From: an uncultured Solirubrobacteraceae bacterium
Lineage (GTDB): Bacteria > Actinomycetota > Thermoleophilia > Solirubrobacterales > Solirubrobacteraceae
Reading direction: 5' to 3'
DNA length: 64,000 nt
NCBI GenBank assembly: GCA_963817295.1
Contig: CAWFOF010000002.1
Span: 3,683-67,682, forward strand
Position 1 is the stretch's first letter. Each line of letters begins with the position of its first letter. The notes under the pieces are model-generated. The model worked only from the letters and a program-made list of their open reading frames with translations. It was not told where the DNA came from and searched no databases. The position numbers and the translations under genes are program-made. Of this stretch, positions 37,767-53,328 are shown piece by piece.

Positions 37767-40026
37767 ACCGCGGCCGGCTGGCGCGCCGGCGCGAGCGTCA
37801 CCGGAATCCCGTTCAGGACGGCGTTGCCGGTCAGCGCCTCGAGCGTGCCGGAGTCCCCGAGCACGTTCACGTTCACGCCGGCGTGCTCGCGCGCGACGTC
37901 CATGTCGACGCCCTCGAGGTCGTGGCCCCAGCCGTGCGGGAATCGAGATGACGCCGGGCATCATGTCGTCGGTCACGAGCGCCTGCAGCTCGATCCGCCC
38001 GTTGGCGCTCGAGACGACGGCGGTCTCGCCGTCCGCGACGCCCGACCCGCTCCGCGTCGCCCGGATGCACGAGCACGGTGCAGCGCTCGGGCCCGCTCAC
38101 GAGCTTCGGCAGGTTGTGCATCCAGGAGTTGTTCGAGCGCAGCTGACGGCGGCCGATCAGCAGCAGCCGGTCCGGGTCGGCGGCGGCGAGCGCGTCGCGC
38201 AGGCGCGGCACGTCCGAGACGAGCAGCTCCGGGGCCAGTTCGATCATGCCGCTCTCGGTGCGCAGGACCTCAGGGATCCGCGGCTGCAGCGCGCCGAGGT
38301 CGATCCCGTGCGGCGCGGCCTCGAGCTTCGCGAGCGTCAGCCCGTCCTCGCGCGCGCCGAAGAGGTCGCCGTACGGCCCGCTGCGCAGCGACAGGTCGAG
38401 CAGGCGCTCGGGGCCGACGCGCGGGGCGACGGCGTCGAGGAACTCCTGCGGGTCGCGGCCCTCGAGCTCGGGCTGGCGGGTCGCGCGCCGCGCCAGCTCG
38501 GCCGCGACGAAGTCGTCGATCGCGGCGATGTCGGCGTCGGGTCCCGCGCCGGAGGCGATGCCGGCCAGCCGCAGCATGATCTGCCACTCGTCGAGCACGC
38601 CCTCGGGCAGCGGGTAGGTCGGCGGCGAGTAGTTCGCGACGTTGCGGACCGCGAACGCGTAGAGCGCGATGTCGAAGTGCCCGTTCATGAGCGGCGACGG
38701 GCCCGGCAGGATCACGTGCGCGTGCCGCGTCGTCTCGTTGCGGTACACGTCGATGCTGACCATCAGGTCGAGCGTGTCGAGCGCCTCGGCGAGCCGGTCA
38801 CCGCGCGGCGTGGAGAGCACCGGGTTGCCGGCGATCGTGAAGAGCGCGCGGATCTGCCCGTCGCCCGGGGTCTCGATCTCCTCGGCGAGACACGCCGCGG
38901 GGAACTCGCCGAACACCTCGCCGCGCCCGCTGACGCGCGAGGTCCAGCGGTGCGCCAGCACGCCGCGGCCCCGGCCGGGGGTACCGGAGGTGTTCCCGGA
39001 CCCGGCGGCGGGCTTCGTGAACATCGCGCCGCCCTCACGGTCCAGGTTGCCGGTGAGGACGTTCAGCACGTCGATCAGCCAGCTCGCGAGCGAGCCGAAC
39101 TCCTGGGTCGTCGTGCCGATGCGGCCGTAGACGGCGGCCGACGGCGCGGCGGCCAGCTCGCGGGCCATGCGGCGGATCTCCTCGGCGGCGATGCCCGTCG
39201 CAGCCGCGACCGCGTCGGGGGTGAACGGCGCCGCCAGCTCGCGCACGGTCTCGAGGCCGGTCAGATGCGGCGACAGGTGCGCGCCCGGATCGGCGAGGTC
39301 CTCGTCGAACAGCACCTGCGCGAGCGCGAACAGCAGCAGGGCGTCGGTGCCGGGGCGGATGAAGTGGTGCTCGTCCGCCTCGCCGGCGGTCCGCGAGCGA
39401 CGCGGGTCGACGACGACGATCTTGCCGCCGCGCGCGCGGATCGCGCGCAGCCGGCCGCGCGCATCGGGAGAGGTCATGAGCGAGCCGTTGGAGACCATCG
39501 GGTCCGCGCCGAGGATCAGCAGGTGACCCGTGCGGTCCAGATCGGGGATCGGCACGCTGAGGCCCGTGCCGAACATGAGGCCGGACGCGAGCTGCTTGGG
39601 GTACTGGTCGACCGTGCTCGCGCTGAAGATGTTGCGCGTGCCGAGCGCCTTCGCGAGCACGCGGCCGTAGAGCACGAGGCCGAGGTGGTGGGCCGCCGGG
39701 TTGCCGAGGTACATGGCCATCGCCTCGCGGCCGTGCTCCGCGTCGATCGCGCGCAGGCGCTCGTCGATGAAGGTGAACGCCTCCTCCCACGAGACCTCGT
39801 CGAAGCCGCCGTCCGGGCGCCGCAGCTGCGGCGCGCTGAGGCGGTCGGGATCGTGGTGCAGCTCGCCGAGCGACGCACCCTTGGGGCAGATGAACCCGTG
39901 GCTGAAGACGTCGTCCTTGTCGCCGCGGACCCGCGTGATGCGGTCGTCCTCGATCGTCAGTTCCAGGCCGCAGGTGGCCTCGCAGAGCGGGCAGGTGCGG
40001 ATGGCGGTGCGCGTGGCGGAGGGCAT
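37763..40026 (-). CDS. Molybdopterin-dependent oxidoreductase (formate-dehydrogenase-like family), frame switches near the C-terminus
   Basis: ORF 37873..40026 carries the N-terminal Fe-S motif CPLCEATCGLEL, plus FICPKGASLGE, LLILGADPMVSNGS and IVVVDPRRSRTA. The C-terminus was read manually: ADGETAVVSSANGRIELQALVTDDMMPGVISIPHGWGH...NGIPVTLAP, with a stop at 37763-37765. Confidence 0.8.
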
Positions 40027-40076
40027 CGCCGAAACCTACGCCCCGGCGCGGCGCGGGTCCAACCTATCCTGGCAAC

Positions 40077-41972
40077 GTGGCCTCCGGTGAACAGCTGACC
40101 GGTCGTGAGGAGCGCCTGAAGGCGCTGCGCCGCGGCCTGCCCGACGCGCCCGGCGTCTACTTCTTCAAGGGCTCGGGCGACGAGGTGCTCTACGTCGGCA
40201 AGGCCCGGTCGATCCGCAAGCGGGTCGCCTCGCACTTCTCGAACCCGGTGACGCGCGGCGACGTCGAGATGGTCGCCCTCGCACAGGACATCGAGGTCCT
40301 CGTGCTCGCGAGCGACGCGGAGGCGCTGCTCGCCGAGAACCGGCTGATCAAGCGCCACCAGCCGCGCTTCAACATCCGCCTGCGCGACGACAAGAGCTAC
40401 CCGTACGTCGCGATCTCGATGGACGAGGACTTCCCGCGCGTCTACTTCACGCGCGAGCGCCATCGCCGCAACCGCCTCTACTTCGGCCCGTACTCCAACG
40501 CGAAGCGCACGCGCGCGACGCTCGACGTCCTCGGCAAGGTCTTCCAGGTCCGCTCGTGCCAGGGCGCGGAGCCCGGCCGGCGGACCGGCTCGCCGTGCCT
40601 GGACTTCCACATCGACCGCTGCGGGGCGCCGTGCGTCGGGTACGTGACCAAGGAGGAGTACCGCGAGGCGGTCGACGGCGTGATCGCCTTCCTGTCCGGG
40701 CGCTACAAGGAGGTCGAGGCGACGATCGAGGAGCGCATGGCGGCCGCCGCCGCGGCGCAGGAGTACGAGCAGGCCGCGCGCGAGCGCAACCGCCTGCGCG
40801 CGATGCGCTCACTGCTCGAGCGCCAGCGGATCGTCAACGACGCGGTCGGCACGCTCGACGCGATCGCGCTCGCCGTGGACGGGACGGACGCCAACGCCCA
40901 GGTCTTCCAGCTGCGCGACGGCGTGCTCGCCGACCGCCAGTCGTTCTACCTCGAGAACGCCGGCGGGCTCGGGCTCGGGCAGGCCGCGCTCGAGTTCGTC
41001 TCGCAGTACTACGCCGACCGCCCGTCGGTGCCGGCGCAGGTGATCGTCCAGACGGCGATCGAGGAGGAGGACCGGGAGACCCTGGCGCAGGCGCTCGCGG
41101 TGCGGCGCGGCGGCCCGGTCGAGGTGCGCGCGGCCGAGCGCGGCGACAAGCGGCGGATCCTCGAGCTCGCCGAGCGCAACGCGCTGCTGGCGCTCGACAC
41201 CGAGCGCCTGAAGGCCGAGCGCAGCCGCCAGCAGCGCGTCGAGGCGCTCGACGAGCTGCAGGCGGCGCTGCACATGGACGTGCTGCCGCTGCGGATCGAG
41301 TGCTACGACATCTCGACGCTGATGGGGACGAACACCGTCGCCTCGATGGTGGTGTTCGAGGGCGGGGCGCCGAAGAAGAGCGACTACCGGCGCTTCACGA
41401 TCCGCTCGCTGGGGGAGGGGGTCAGCGACGACTTCGCCGCGATGCGCGAGGTCCTGACGCGCCGGATGCGCTCGTGGGACAGCCAGCGCGACCTGAGCCC
41501 GCACGACCCCGCCTACGACGAGTCGTTCGCCACGCTGCCCAACCTGATCGTCATCGACGGCGGCAAGGGGCAGCTCGCCGCGGGCCTCGAGGCGCTCGAC
41601 GACGCCCGCGAGCGCGGGGTCGCGGTCGTCTCGCTCGCCAAGCGGATCGAGGAGCTGTTCCTCCCCGAGACCCCGGACCCGATCGTGCTCGCGCACGACA
41701 CGCCGGCGCTCCAGCTCGTGCAGCGCGTCCGCGACGAGGCGCACCGCTTCGCGATCGCCCACCACCGCAGCCGGCGCGACAAGGCGATGACCGCCTCCGT
41801 GCTCGACGGGCTGCCCGGGATCGGGCCGTCGCGCAAGCGCGCGCTGCTCGCGCACTTCGGCTCGCCGGACGCCGTGCTGAAGGCGAGCCGCGAGGAGCTC
41901 GAGGGCGTGCCCGGGCTCCCGTCGAAGGTGGCCGGGGATCTGCACACCCATCTGCGCAGCCCGACGGCGTAG
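40077..41972 (+). CDS. uvrC: Excinuclease ABC subunit C
   Basis: Intact 631-aa ORF. GIY-YIG motif PGVYFFKGSGDEVLYVGKARSIRKRV. C-terminal HhH region LDGLPGIGPSRKRALLAHFGS. Confidence 0.95.
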   Translation: MASGEQLTGREERLKALRRGLPDAPGVYFFKGSGDEVLYVGKARSIRKRVASHFSNPVTRGDVEMVALAQDIEVLVLASDAEALLAENRLIKRHQPRFNIRLRDDKSYPYVAISMDEDFPRVYFTRERHRRNRLYFGPYSNAKRTRATLDVLGKVFQVRSCQGAEPGRRTGSPCLDFHIDRCGAPCVGYVTKEEYREAVDGVIAFLSGRYKEVEATIEERMAAAAAAQEYEQAARERNRLRAMRSLLERQRIVNDAVGTLDAIALAVDGTDANAQVFQLRDGVLADRQSFYLENAGGLGLGQAALEFVSQYYADRPSVPAQVIVQTAIEEEDRETLAQALAVRRGGPVEVRAAERGDKRRILELAERNALLALDTERLKAERSRQQRVEALDELQAALHMDVLPLRIECYDISTLMGTNTVASMVVFEGGAPKKSDYRRFTIRSLGEGVSDDFAAMREVLTRRMRSWDSQRDLSPHDPAYDESFATLPNLIVIDGGKGQLAAGLEALDDARERGVAVVSLAKRIEELFLPETPDPIVLAHDTPALQLVQRVRDEAHRFAIAHHRSRRDKAMTASVLDGLPGIGPSRKRALLAHFGSPDAVLKASREELEGVPGLPSKVAGDLHTHLRSPTA

Positions 41973-42009
41973 TCCGCGCCGCGCGGCGCGCCGTGCTTGA
42001 CTCCCGCGT

Positions 42010-42904
42010 GTGACCAGCGTGCCGGAGCCTCCGCTCGAGGACCTCGTCGTCATCACCGGCGTCTCCGGCGCGGGCAAGTCCACGGCGATGCAGGTGTTCG
42101 AGGACGCGGGGTACTTCTGCGTGGACAACCTGCCGCCGGAGATGATCCGCGGTCTCGTCGAGCTGTTCCTCCACGAGGGCTCGAAGGTGCGGCGGGCGGC
42201 GATCGTGTCGGATGCCCGCGGCGGCGCGTACTTCGAGCAGATGTCGGCGGTGCTCGACGAGCTCGACGCCGCCGGGGTGGACCACCGCGTCGTCTTCCTC
42301 GACGCGAGCCGCGAGGCGCTGATGACGCGCTACAAGGAGACGCGCCGCCGTCATCCGCTCAGCCCCGAGGGCAGCGTGGCCCAGGGCATCGCCACCGAGC
42401 GCGAGCTGATCGAGCCGCTGCGCGCCCGCGCGGACCTCGTCATCGACTCCACCGGCCTGAAGGCCGCACGAGCTGCGCCGCAAGCTCGCCGACGACCTGC
42501 TCCCGCGCGGCGGCGCGACGCGCATGGCGGTGACGTTCGAGAGCTTCGGCTTCAAGCACGGGCCGGCGCGCGACGCGGACATCGTGCTCGACGTGCGCTT
42601 CCTGCCGAACCCGCACTACGTGCCGGAGCTGCGCCCCCTGACCGGTCGCGACCAGCGCATCGTCGACTACGTGGCCCAGGACGGCCACCTCGAGGCGTTC
42701 TACGAGCGGCTGCTGCCGCTGCTCGACTTCCTCCTGCCCGAGTACGTGGCGGAGGGCAAGGCGCATCTGACGATCGCGATCGGCTGCACCGGCGGCCGGC
42801 ACCGCTCGGTCGCCATCAGCGAGTTCCTCGCGAGGCGCTTCGCGGACAGCCCGGACCTCGTCGTCGACGTCGTGCACCGCGACGCGGACGTCACGCCGGT
42901 CTGA
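42010..42904 (+). CDS. rapZ: RNase adapter protein RapZ (one frame switch near 42465)
   Basis: ORF 42010 frame: VVITGVSGAGKSTAMQVFEDAGYFCVDNLPP. ORF 42524..42904: FESFGFKHG...DVRFLPNPHY...IAIGCTGGRHRSVAI. Confidence 0.9.
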
Positions 42905-43051
42905 CGAGCCTGCGGAGTACTACGGACGCGGCGCGCGGGAACGCCCGGGCGCCGCAGCGCAGAGCGCTGGGATAGCCTTGGCCCTGCCGCCGGGTTCCTC
43001 GCTTCGCCGCCGGCTGCCCCAGACAAGCCCCTCAGGAAGGACCTGCCACCA

Positions 43052-47521
<4,470 letters not shown>

Positions 47522-47529
<8 letters not shown>

Positions 47530-48175
47530 GCACGTCCTTGACCCAGGCCGGCAGCTCGCCAGCGACCGCGGGTCCACGTGGTGGGCCGCGTCGCTCTCGT
47601 CGTACTGCACGTCGAGGCCGCCCTCCGTCAGCAGGTCGCGCGCCGCGCGGCCGAACTCGACGCTGATCACCGGGTCCATGCGGCCGTGGGCGATCCAGAC
47701 CGGCAGGCCGGCGCGCGCCGGCAAGGTCGGCGCTCCAGCCCTCGACCGTCGGCACGAAGCAGCTCAGCGCGACGATGCCGGCGGGGCGCGGGCGCCCGCT
47801 GCCCAGGCCGGTCGCGTAGGACATCACGCCGCCCTGCGAGAACCCGCCGAGGACGATGCGCTCCCACGGCACGCCGAACGCGTCCGGCACGGCGTCGAGG
47901 AACGCGCAGAGCACGTCATAGGTGGCGTGGAACGTGTCGTGGTCGGGGTAGCCGACGCGCGGCACCGCGTACCAGTGCCGGCCGCCGGGCGGCAGGTGGA
48001 GCGGCCCGCCCGGCGTGATGCCGACGAGCCTGCGCCCGGGGTCGAGCAGGTCGAGGAAGGGCAGCAGGTCGTGCTCGTCGGCGCCGCGCCCGTGCAGCAG
48101 CACGATCGCCCCCTGCGGGTCGCCCGCGGCCGGGCGGACGACGTGGGGGAGGGTGTCGGGCAGCCCGTCGCTCAC
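47522..48175 (-). CDS. Phospholipase/carboxylesterase-family hydrolase (MhqD-like); out-and-back frame switch
   Basis: The GTG at 48175 overlaps the upstream stop. Motifs: AIVLLHGRGADEHDLLP, GGFSQGGVMS (nucleophile elbow), and PVWIAHGRMDPVI from ORF 46936..47724. Confidence 0.7.
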
Positions 48176-49098
48176 GCCGGGGCGCCGCGCGGGTTCGCGA
48201 TCGGGGTGAGCACCTGCTCGAGCCGCGCGCGCAGATGCTCGTGCTGCTCCGGCAGCTTCAGCTCCTGGCCGAGCGTCACCGCGGGCTCGTCGACGGTGAA
48301 GCCGATGTCGCGGGAGGCCAGCTCGAAGAGGACGCCGCTCGGCTCGCGGAAGTAGACCGAGTGGAAGTACTGGCGGTCGATGATCGGCGTCGTGTGGGCG
48401 CCGGCGCCCGCCGCCTTCGTGCCGAACTCCCGCAGTTCGGCGTCGTCGGCCACCGACCAGGCGACGTGGTGCACGGTCCCGGCGCCCTGGATCCCGCGGT
48501 CCGGCGGCGGCCGGTCGTAGCAGAGGAGCGCGTGCCGCCGGGCGCCCTCGAGCCGCCAGTGCTCGCCCGCCTCGTCCTGGGAGGCGAACCCCAGCGCCGC
48601 GAGCAGGTCGGAGCTGCGGTCCGGCAGCGCCGCGTAGACGCGGATGCCGTGGAAGCCCTGGAGCGCGTGCTCGTCGGGGATGTCGGCGGCGTGCGCGGCG
48701 AGCGGCGGGTCGTCGCCGTGGGCGACGAGCAGTTCGTGCGCGAGGCCCTCCGGGTCGCGGAACAGGAGGACGTCGCCGTCCCGCTCGGCCGCGACGCCCT
48801 CGCCCGCGAGCCGCCGCTCCCAGAACTCGATGGCGGCGGCGGAGCCGACGCGCCAGCGGATCGCGTGGATCATGCCGTCGCCGGCACGTCCGGGCGCCGC
48901 GCCGGGGAACTCGAAGAAGGTGAGGATCGACCCGGGCGCCCCGATCTCGTCGCCGTAGTACAGGTGGTAGACGGTCGGCTCGTCGAAGTTGACCGTCTTC
49001 TTGACGAGCCGGAGCCCCAGCAGCCGCGCGTAGAAATCGACGTTCCCGGGTGCGTCGGCGGTGATCGCGGTGATGTGGTGAAGACCCTCGAGTGCCAT
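48172..49098 (-). CDS. Ring-cleaving dioxygenase / glyoxalase (VOC) family, MhqE/MhqO-like
   Basis: Intact 308-aa ORF reading MALEGLHHITAITADAPGNVDFYARLLGLRLVKKTVNFDEPTVYHLYYGD...GTVHHVAWSV...SVYFREPSGVLFELA. Confidence 0.75.
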   Translation of the reverse strand: MALEGLHHITAITADAPGNVDFYARLLGLRLVKKTVNFDEPTVYHLYYGDEIGAPGSILTFFEFPGAAPGRAGDGMIHAIRWRVGSAAAIEFWERRLAGEGVAAERDGDVLLFRDPEGLAHELLVAHGDDPPLAAHAADIPDEHALQGFHGIRVYAALPDRSSDLLAALGFASQDEAGEHWRLEGARRHALLCYDRPPPDRGIQGAGTVHHVAWSVADDAELREFGTKAAGAGAHTTPIIDRQYFHSVYFREPSGVLFELASRDIGFTVDEPAVTLGQELKLPEQHEHLRARLEQVLTPIANPRGAPA

Positions 49099-49206
49099 GC
49101 GCGGAGCACGCTATCAGTGCTATATTTGCATGTGCAACCATTCTTCCGCAGGCGCCGCCTCCACTGGTACCGTCGCCCTTCCGGACCCGTCCCGGCACCC
49201 ACCGCT

Positions 49207-49725
49207 CATGGCCACAGCTCCAGCACGAACCACCGACCGTCACCGCAGCCGACAGCTTCACCGACCGTGAGCTGCGCGCCTGGCGCGGGATGCTGCGGGC
49301 ACACGCCTCGCTGACGAAGGCGCTCGACGCCGACCTCGAGGCCGAGCACGGGCTGCCGCTCAGCTCCTACGAGGTGCTGCTGCACCTGGACAACGCCGAC
49401 GGCGAGCGCATGCGGATGAGCGACCTCGCGCACACGGTGATCCTCAGCCGCAGCGGGCTGACCCGGCTCGTGGACCGGATGGAGCGCGAGGGCCTGCTGG
49501 CGCGCGAGTCCTGTCCGAGCGACGCACGCGGCTCCTTCGCGCGGCTCACCGAGGCCGGCCGGGCGACAGCTCGACGCCGCCCGCCGCACGCACCTCTCCG
49601 GTGTCCGCGAGCGCTTCCTCGACCGGCTCACCGCCGACGAGCTCGACGTGCTCGGGGACTGCTGGGACCGGGTGATCCCGCCCGGCACCGATCCCGGGCC
49701 CGCCTGCGGCTCCGCCGAATCGTGA
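49207..49725 (+). CDS. MarR-family transcriptional regulator (divergent from the dioxygenase operon); frame switches
   Basis: Within ORF 49092..51599: FTDRELRAWRGMLRAHASLTKALDADLEAEHGLPLSSYEVLLHLDNADGERMRMSDLAHTVILSRSGLTRLVDRMEREGLLARESCPSDARGSFARLTEAG. The manually read tail ends at stop 49723-49725. Confidence 0.75.
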
Positions 49726-50406
49726 ACAACCTCGGCCTCTACGTCGTCTGCCTCGGCATCCCGCTCGTCATCGGGCTGTGGACGCAGCATCGCGTCAAGA
49801 GCACGTTCCAGCAGTGGTCCGAGGTGCCCGAGGACACCGGCATGACCGGCGCCGAGGTCGCGCGCCGCATCCTCGACGCGAACGGCCTGCAGAACGTCCC
49901 GGTGCAGGGCGTCGCCGGCGCGCTCACCGATCACTACGACCCGCGCACGCGCAGCGTGAACCTGTCGGAGCCCGTCTACGCGGCGGCGACGATCAGCTCG
50001 ACCGCGGTCGCCGCGCACGAGGTCGGGCACGCGATCCAGCACGCGAAGGCGTACGTGCCGATGACCGTCCGCTCGGCGCTGTGGCCGGTGACGGCGTTCG
50101 CCTCGAGCACCTGGACGATCCTGCTCCTGATCGGCGCGGTGATGGGCGCCCTCAACCTCGTGCGTCGCGGCGATCGTGCTGTACGCCGCCGTCGTGCTGT
50201 TCCAGATCGTCACGCTGCCGGTCGAGTTCGACGCCTCACGCCGCGCGGCGATCCAGCTGAAGACGCTCGGCATCGCGAACCCCGACGAGTCGGTCGGTGT
50301 GCGCAAGGTGCTGACCTCCGCGGCGCTCACCTACGTGGCGGGCGCACTCGCCGCGCTGTCGCAGCTGGTCTTCTTCGCCATGACGTTCCTCGGCGGCCGC
50401 AACTGA
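49722..50406 (+). CDS. YugP-like zinc metallopeptidase (membrane); one frame switch near 50165
   Basis: The GTG at 49722 overlaps the marR stop. Motifs: HRVKSTFQQWSEVPEDTGMTGAEVARRILDANGL...LTDHYDPRTRSVNLSEPVY...AAHEVGHAIQH. ORF 50176..50406 reads VLFQIVTLPVEFDASRRA. Confidence 0.8.
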
Positions 50407-51599
50407 CCCTCGAGATCGTCGGCCGCGACGCGCAGTCGCAGGCGCGCGCGGGCGTCCTCACCACCGCGCACGGCGACGTCCGCACGCCCGCGTTCGTGCC
50501 CGCTCGCCACGAAGGCGACCGTCCGCGGGCTGCTGCCCTCCGAGGTCGCCGCGCTCGGCTACGACATGGTGCTCGGCAACACGTTCCACCTGCACCTGGA
50601 GCCGGGGGACGAGCTGGTCGCGCGCCAGGGCGGGCTGCACCGCTTCATGGCCTGGGACGCGCCGATCATCACCGATTCCGGCGGTTTCCAGGTCTTTTCG
50701 ATGGGTCACGGCACGGTCGCCGACGAGGTGAAGGGTCGCGCGCCCCGCGGAGGGCGACCGCTCGGGCGCGGATCCTCGCGATCGAGGAGGACGGGGTGCG
50801 CTTCCGCTCCTACCTCGACGGCGGCGAGCGCTTCATCGGCCCCGAGAAGGCGATGGAGATCCAGGCGAACCTGCACTCCGACATCGCGCTCGTCTTCGAC
50901 GAGTGCACCCCGTTCCACGTCGAGCGCGAGTACACGCTGCGCTCCACCGAGCGCACGCACCGCTGGCTCGACCGCTGCCTCGCCTGGCACGACGAGCACG
51001 GTCCGCGGGACCAGCTCGTCTACGGGATCGTCCAGGGCGGGGTCTACGAGGACCTGCGCGTCGAGAGCACGCAGGCCGTCGCGGCGCGCGCCTGCGACGG
51101 CATCGCGATCGGCGGCTCGCTCGGCGCCGGCAAGGAGCAGATGTACGAGGTCGTGGGCTGGGCGACCGGCGCGCTCGACGCGGCCGGGGACGTGCGGCCG
51201 CGGCATCTCCTGGGCATCGGCGAGATCGACGACCTCGTCGCCGGGGTCGTGCGCGGCATCGACACGTTCGACTGCGCGATGCCGACGCGGCTGGCGCGGC
51301 ACGGGATGGCGCTGGTGCCGGATCCCGCCGGGCGCTGGCGCGTGGACCTCGCCAAGGCGGTGCACCGCGACTCCGACGAGCCGATCATGGAGGGCTGCCC
51401 GTGCCCGACCTGCGCGATCGGCTGGACCCGCGGCTACGTCCGCTACATGGCTTCGAACCGCGAGCTCACGATCGCGCGCGCGCTGACGCTGCACAACCTC
51501 GCGTTCGTGCAGCGCGTCGTCGCGCGGCTGCGGGCGGCGATCCTCGACGGGACCCTGGCCGACACCGCCGCCGCGCTGCTCGGCGGCGAGGCGCCCTAG
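50403..51599 (+). CDS. tgt: Queuine tRNA-ribosyltransferase (frame switches in the first third; start codon uncertain)
   Basis: Motifs: [20 protein letters not shown]; [11 protein letters not shown]...[11 protein letters not shown] (ORF 50566); and LVFDECTP...GIVQGG...LLGIGE...FDCAMPTR...CPCPTC (tail of ORF 49092..51599). Confidence 0.9.
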   Translation: MTLEIVGRDAQSQARAGVLTTAHGDVRTPAFVPARHEGDRPRAAALRGRRARLRHGARQHVPPAPGAGGRAGRAPGRAAPLHGLGRADHHRFRRFPGLFDGSRHGRRRGEGSRAPRRATARARILAIEEDGVRFRSYLDGGERFIGPEKAMEIQANLHSDIALVFDECTPFHVEREYTLRSTERTHRWLDRCLAWHDEHGPRDQLVYGIVQGGVYEDLRVESTQAVAARACDGIAIGGSLGAGKEQMYEVVGWATGALDAAGDVRPRHLLGIGEIDDLVAGVVRGIDTFDCAMPTRLARHGMALVPDPAGRWRVDLAKAVHRDSDEPIMEGCPCPTCAIGWTRGYVRYMASNRELTIARALTLHNLAFVQRVVARLRAAILDGTLADTAAALLGGEAP

Positions 51600-51605
51600 C
51601 GCGCC

Positions 51606-52793
51606 TCACTGGGTGTTCTGGCGGATCATGTCCTGCATCTTGCTCACGGTCTGATCCACCTGGTCCTGGACGACCTTCTGCAGGCGCAGGGTGTTGCTCT
51701 CGCGCGTCACGATCCCGGCGATCACGGCGCCGCCGGCGATCAGCACGACGAGCAGCACGACCACGGGGGCGAGCCGGCGCTTGCGGCGCGCCTGCGCGGG
51801 CAGTCGGCGCGGGCGCCGGGCGCGGCGAGCGGGGCGACCGGCCGGCTCGGCGGCAGCGGCTGGCGCTGCTGCACGGGCGTCGCCCGCGCCCGGCGGGAAC
51901 GGCGACCGCGCGGGTCACGCTGGTGGCGGGCTCGGCGACACGGGTCGCCCGCGTCGCGGTGCCGACGCCGCGGGCGCCGGCGACGAGCGCCTCGCGCAGA
52001 TCCTCGGCGGTCGCGAAGCGGTCGGCCGGCTCGAGCGCGAGCGCGCGATCGACGGCGGCCGCAAGCTCCGGCGTCACCTCGGGGTTCACGTGGTCGAGCA
52101 GCGGCGGGGCCTCGCGCTGCTGCTTCAGCGCGAGCTCCGTCAGCGTCGTCGCCTCGTACGGGAGACGGCCCGAGAGGAACTGGTAGCTGACGACGCCGAG
52201 CGAGTAGATGTCCGAGCGCGCCGTCGCCTCGACCCCGGTCGCCTGCTCGGGCGCGAGGTACGCGGCGGTGCCGAGCACCGAGCCGACCTGCGTGATCGAC
52301 GACTCCTCGCTGAGCGCCTTCGCGATGCCGAAGTCGGCGAGCTTGACGACGCCGTCGGTCGAGCGCAGGAGGTTGCCGGGCTTCACGTCGCGGTGCACGA
52401 CCCCGTTGCGGTGCGCGTAGTCGAGCCCGCGGCAGGCCTGGGCGACGATGCCGAGCGCCTCGGCGACGGGGAGCATGCCCCGCTCGCGCAGGATCTCCGC
52501 GCCCGACTGGCCCTCGACGTGCTCCATGACGATGTAGTGCCGGCCCGTCGCCTCGTCGAGCCCGAAGTCGAACACCTGCACGATGTTGGGATGCACGAGG
52601 CGCGCGGCCGACAGCGCCTCACGGCGAAAGCGCGAGACGAACTGCGTGGTCGTCGGCGAGGTGCTCGGCGAGCAGCTTCACGGCGACGTGCCGCTCGAGC
52701 CGGCGGTCGAGCGCGAGCACGACCGTCGACATGCCGCCGCTGCCCAGGCGCTCGCCGAGCTCGTAGCGACCCGCGAGGAGCTGGCGCGCTCAC
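51606..52793 (-). CDS. Ser/Thr protein kinase with a single C-terminal TM helix, no PASTA domains; frame switches
   Basis: The GTG at 52793 forms a GTGA overlap with the upstream stop. The manually read N-terminus is LLAGRYELGERLGSGGMSTVVLALDRRLERHVAVKLL. ORF 51466..52596 carries VVHRDVKPGNLL, KLADFGIAK and AAYLAPEQ. The manually read tail is RKRRLAPVVVLLVVLIAGGAVIAGIV...MQDMIRQNTQ. Confidence 0.8.
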
Positions 52794-53326
52794 GGGGTCG
52801 CCCCACGTCGTCGTCTGCCCGGGGCTGACGCCGCCGTTGGGGCCCGTCGAGCGTGGTCGCGGCGGCGTGGTCGTGGTCGTCGGCGTCGTGGTCGTCGTGG
52901 TGGGCGTGCGTCGTGGTGGTCGTCGTCGAGCTCGTCGTCGTGGTCGTGGTCGGCTCGGTCGTCGTGCTCGGCGTCGTGGCCGTCGTGGTCGTGTCGTCGG
53001 CTTGGCCTGCTCGGCGATCGCCTTGCACTGCGGGCCGACGGTGACCGCCAGCTGCTGGAGACCCTGCTTCAGCCGCGCGGTGAGACGCGGGTCGACGCTC
53101 GCGGGCAGCTTCGCGTAGGCCTGCTGCGCGTCTGCAGCGCGTCCTGCGCCTGCTGGCAGTCACCGGCGCCCGTCGCGTCGGCGACCTGCTGGAGCGCGGT
53201 GTCGAGCCGTGCTGGCCTGGTCGGCCGGCAGCAGCTTGTCGCTGTTCCCGCAGCCGGTCGCGCCGCCGACCGCGCGCGGCCGCGATGACGACGGTGAGCA
53301 GCGGAAATGTGCGCTGCAGCCGACAT
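52790..53326 (-). CDS. Lipoprotein with a Thr-rich low-complexity tail; frame switches
   Basis: The ATG at 53326 (within ORF 53069..53464) is followed, by manual reading, by LLTVVIAAARAVGGATGCGNSDKLL (lipobox). Further segments: LDTALQQVADATGAGDCQQAQDALQ and TTTTATTPSTTTEPTTTTTTSSTTTTTT (ORF 52678..53163). Confidence 0.4.
52853..52999. repeat. GTC/GTG trinucleotide-rich low-complexity tract (poly-Thr codons on the minus strand)
   Basis: The sequence runs ...GTGGTCGTGGTCGTCGGCGTCGTGGTCGTCGTGGTG...CGTCGTCGTGGTCGTGGTC... with 3-nt periodicity. Confidence 0.8.
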
Positions 53327-53328
53327 CG

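Noticed and set aside
37763-40026. Possible selenocysteine (in-frame TGA) in the formate-dehydrogenase-like molybdoenzyme.
   Set aside because: The main ORF (37873..40026) has no in-frame TGA. The region corresponding to the Sec/Cys ligand reads ...FSASTVDQYPKQ... The breaks near the C-terminus are frame switches, not single stop codons.
3694-40098. Very long ORFs antisense to, or out of frame with, the annotated genes. Examples: 3694..5790(-) 698 aa, 5787..7289(-) 500 aa, 7551..9575(-) 674 aa, 9908..12091(-) 727 aa, 24937..27327(-) 796 aa, 31933..34257(-) 774 aa, 36765..37766 plus 37381..40098(+) 905 aa.
   Set aside because: Their translations are dominated by Arg/Gly/Ala/Pro/Asp runs and contain no recognisable motifs. 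They lie opposite genes with strong family signatures (ftsH, pstCAB, the molybdoenzyme). Stop-codon-poor alternative frames are expected in DNA this GC-rich.
49092-51599. A single 835-aa ORF that looks like a giant fusion protein.
   Set aside because: It is a read-through artefact. It strings together MarR, the YugP-like peptidase and Tgt, interspersed with Arg-rich nonsense where the true genes sit in other frames. Each real gene has its own stop in its own frame (49723-49725, 50404-50406).
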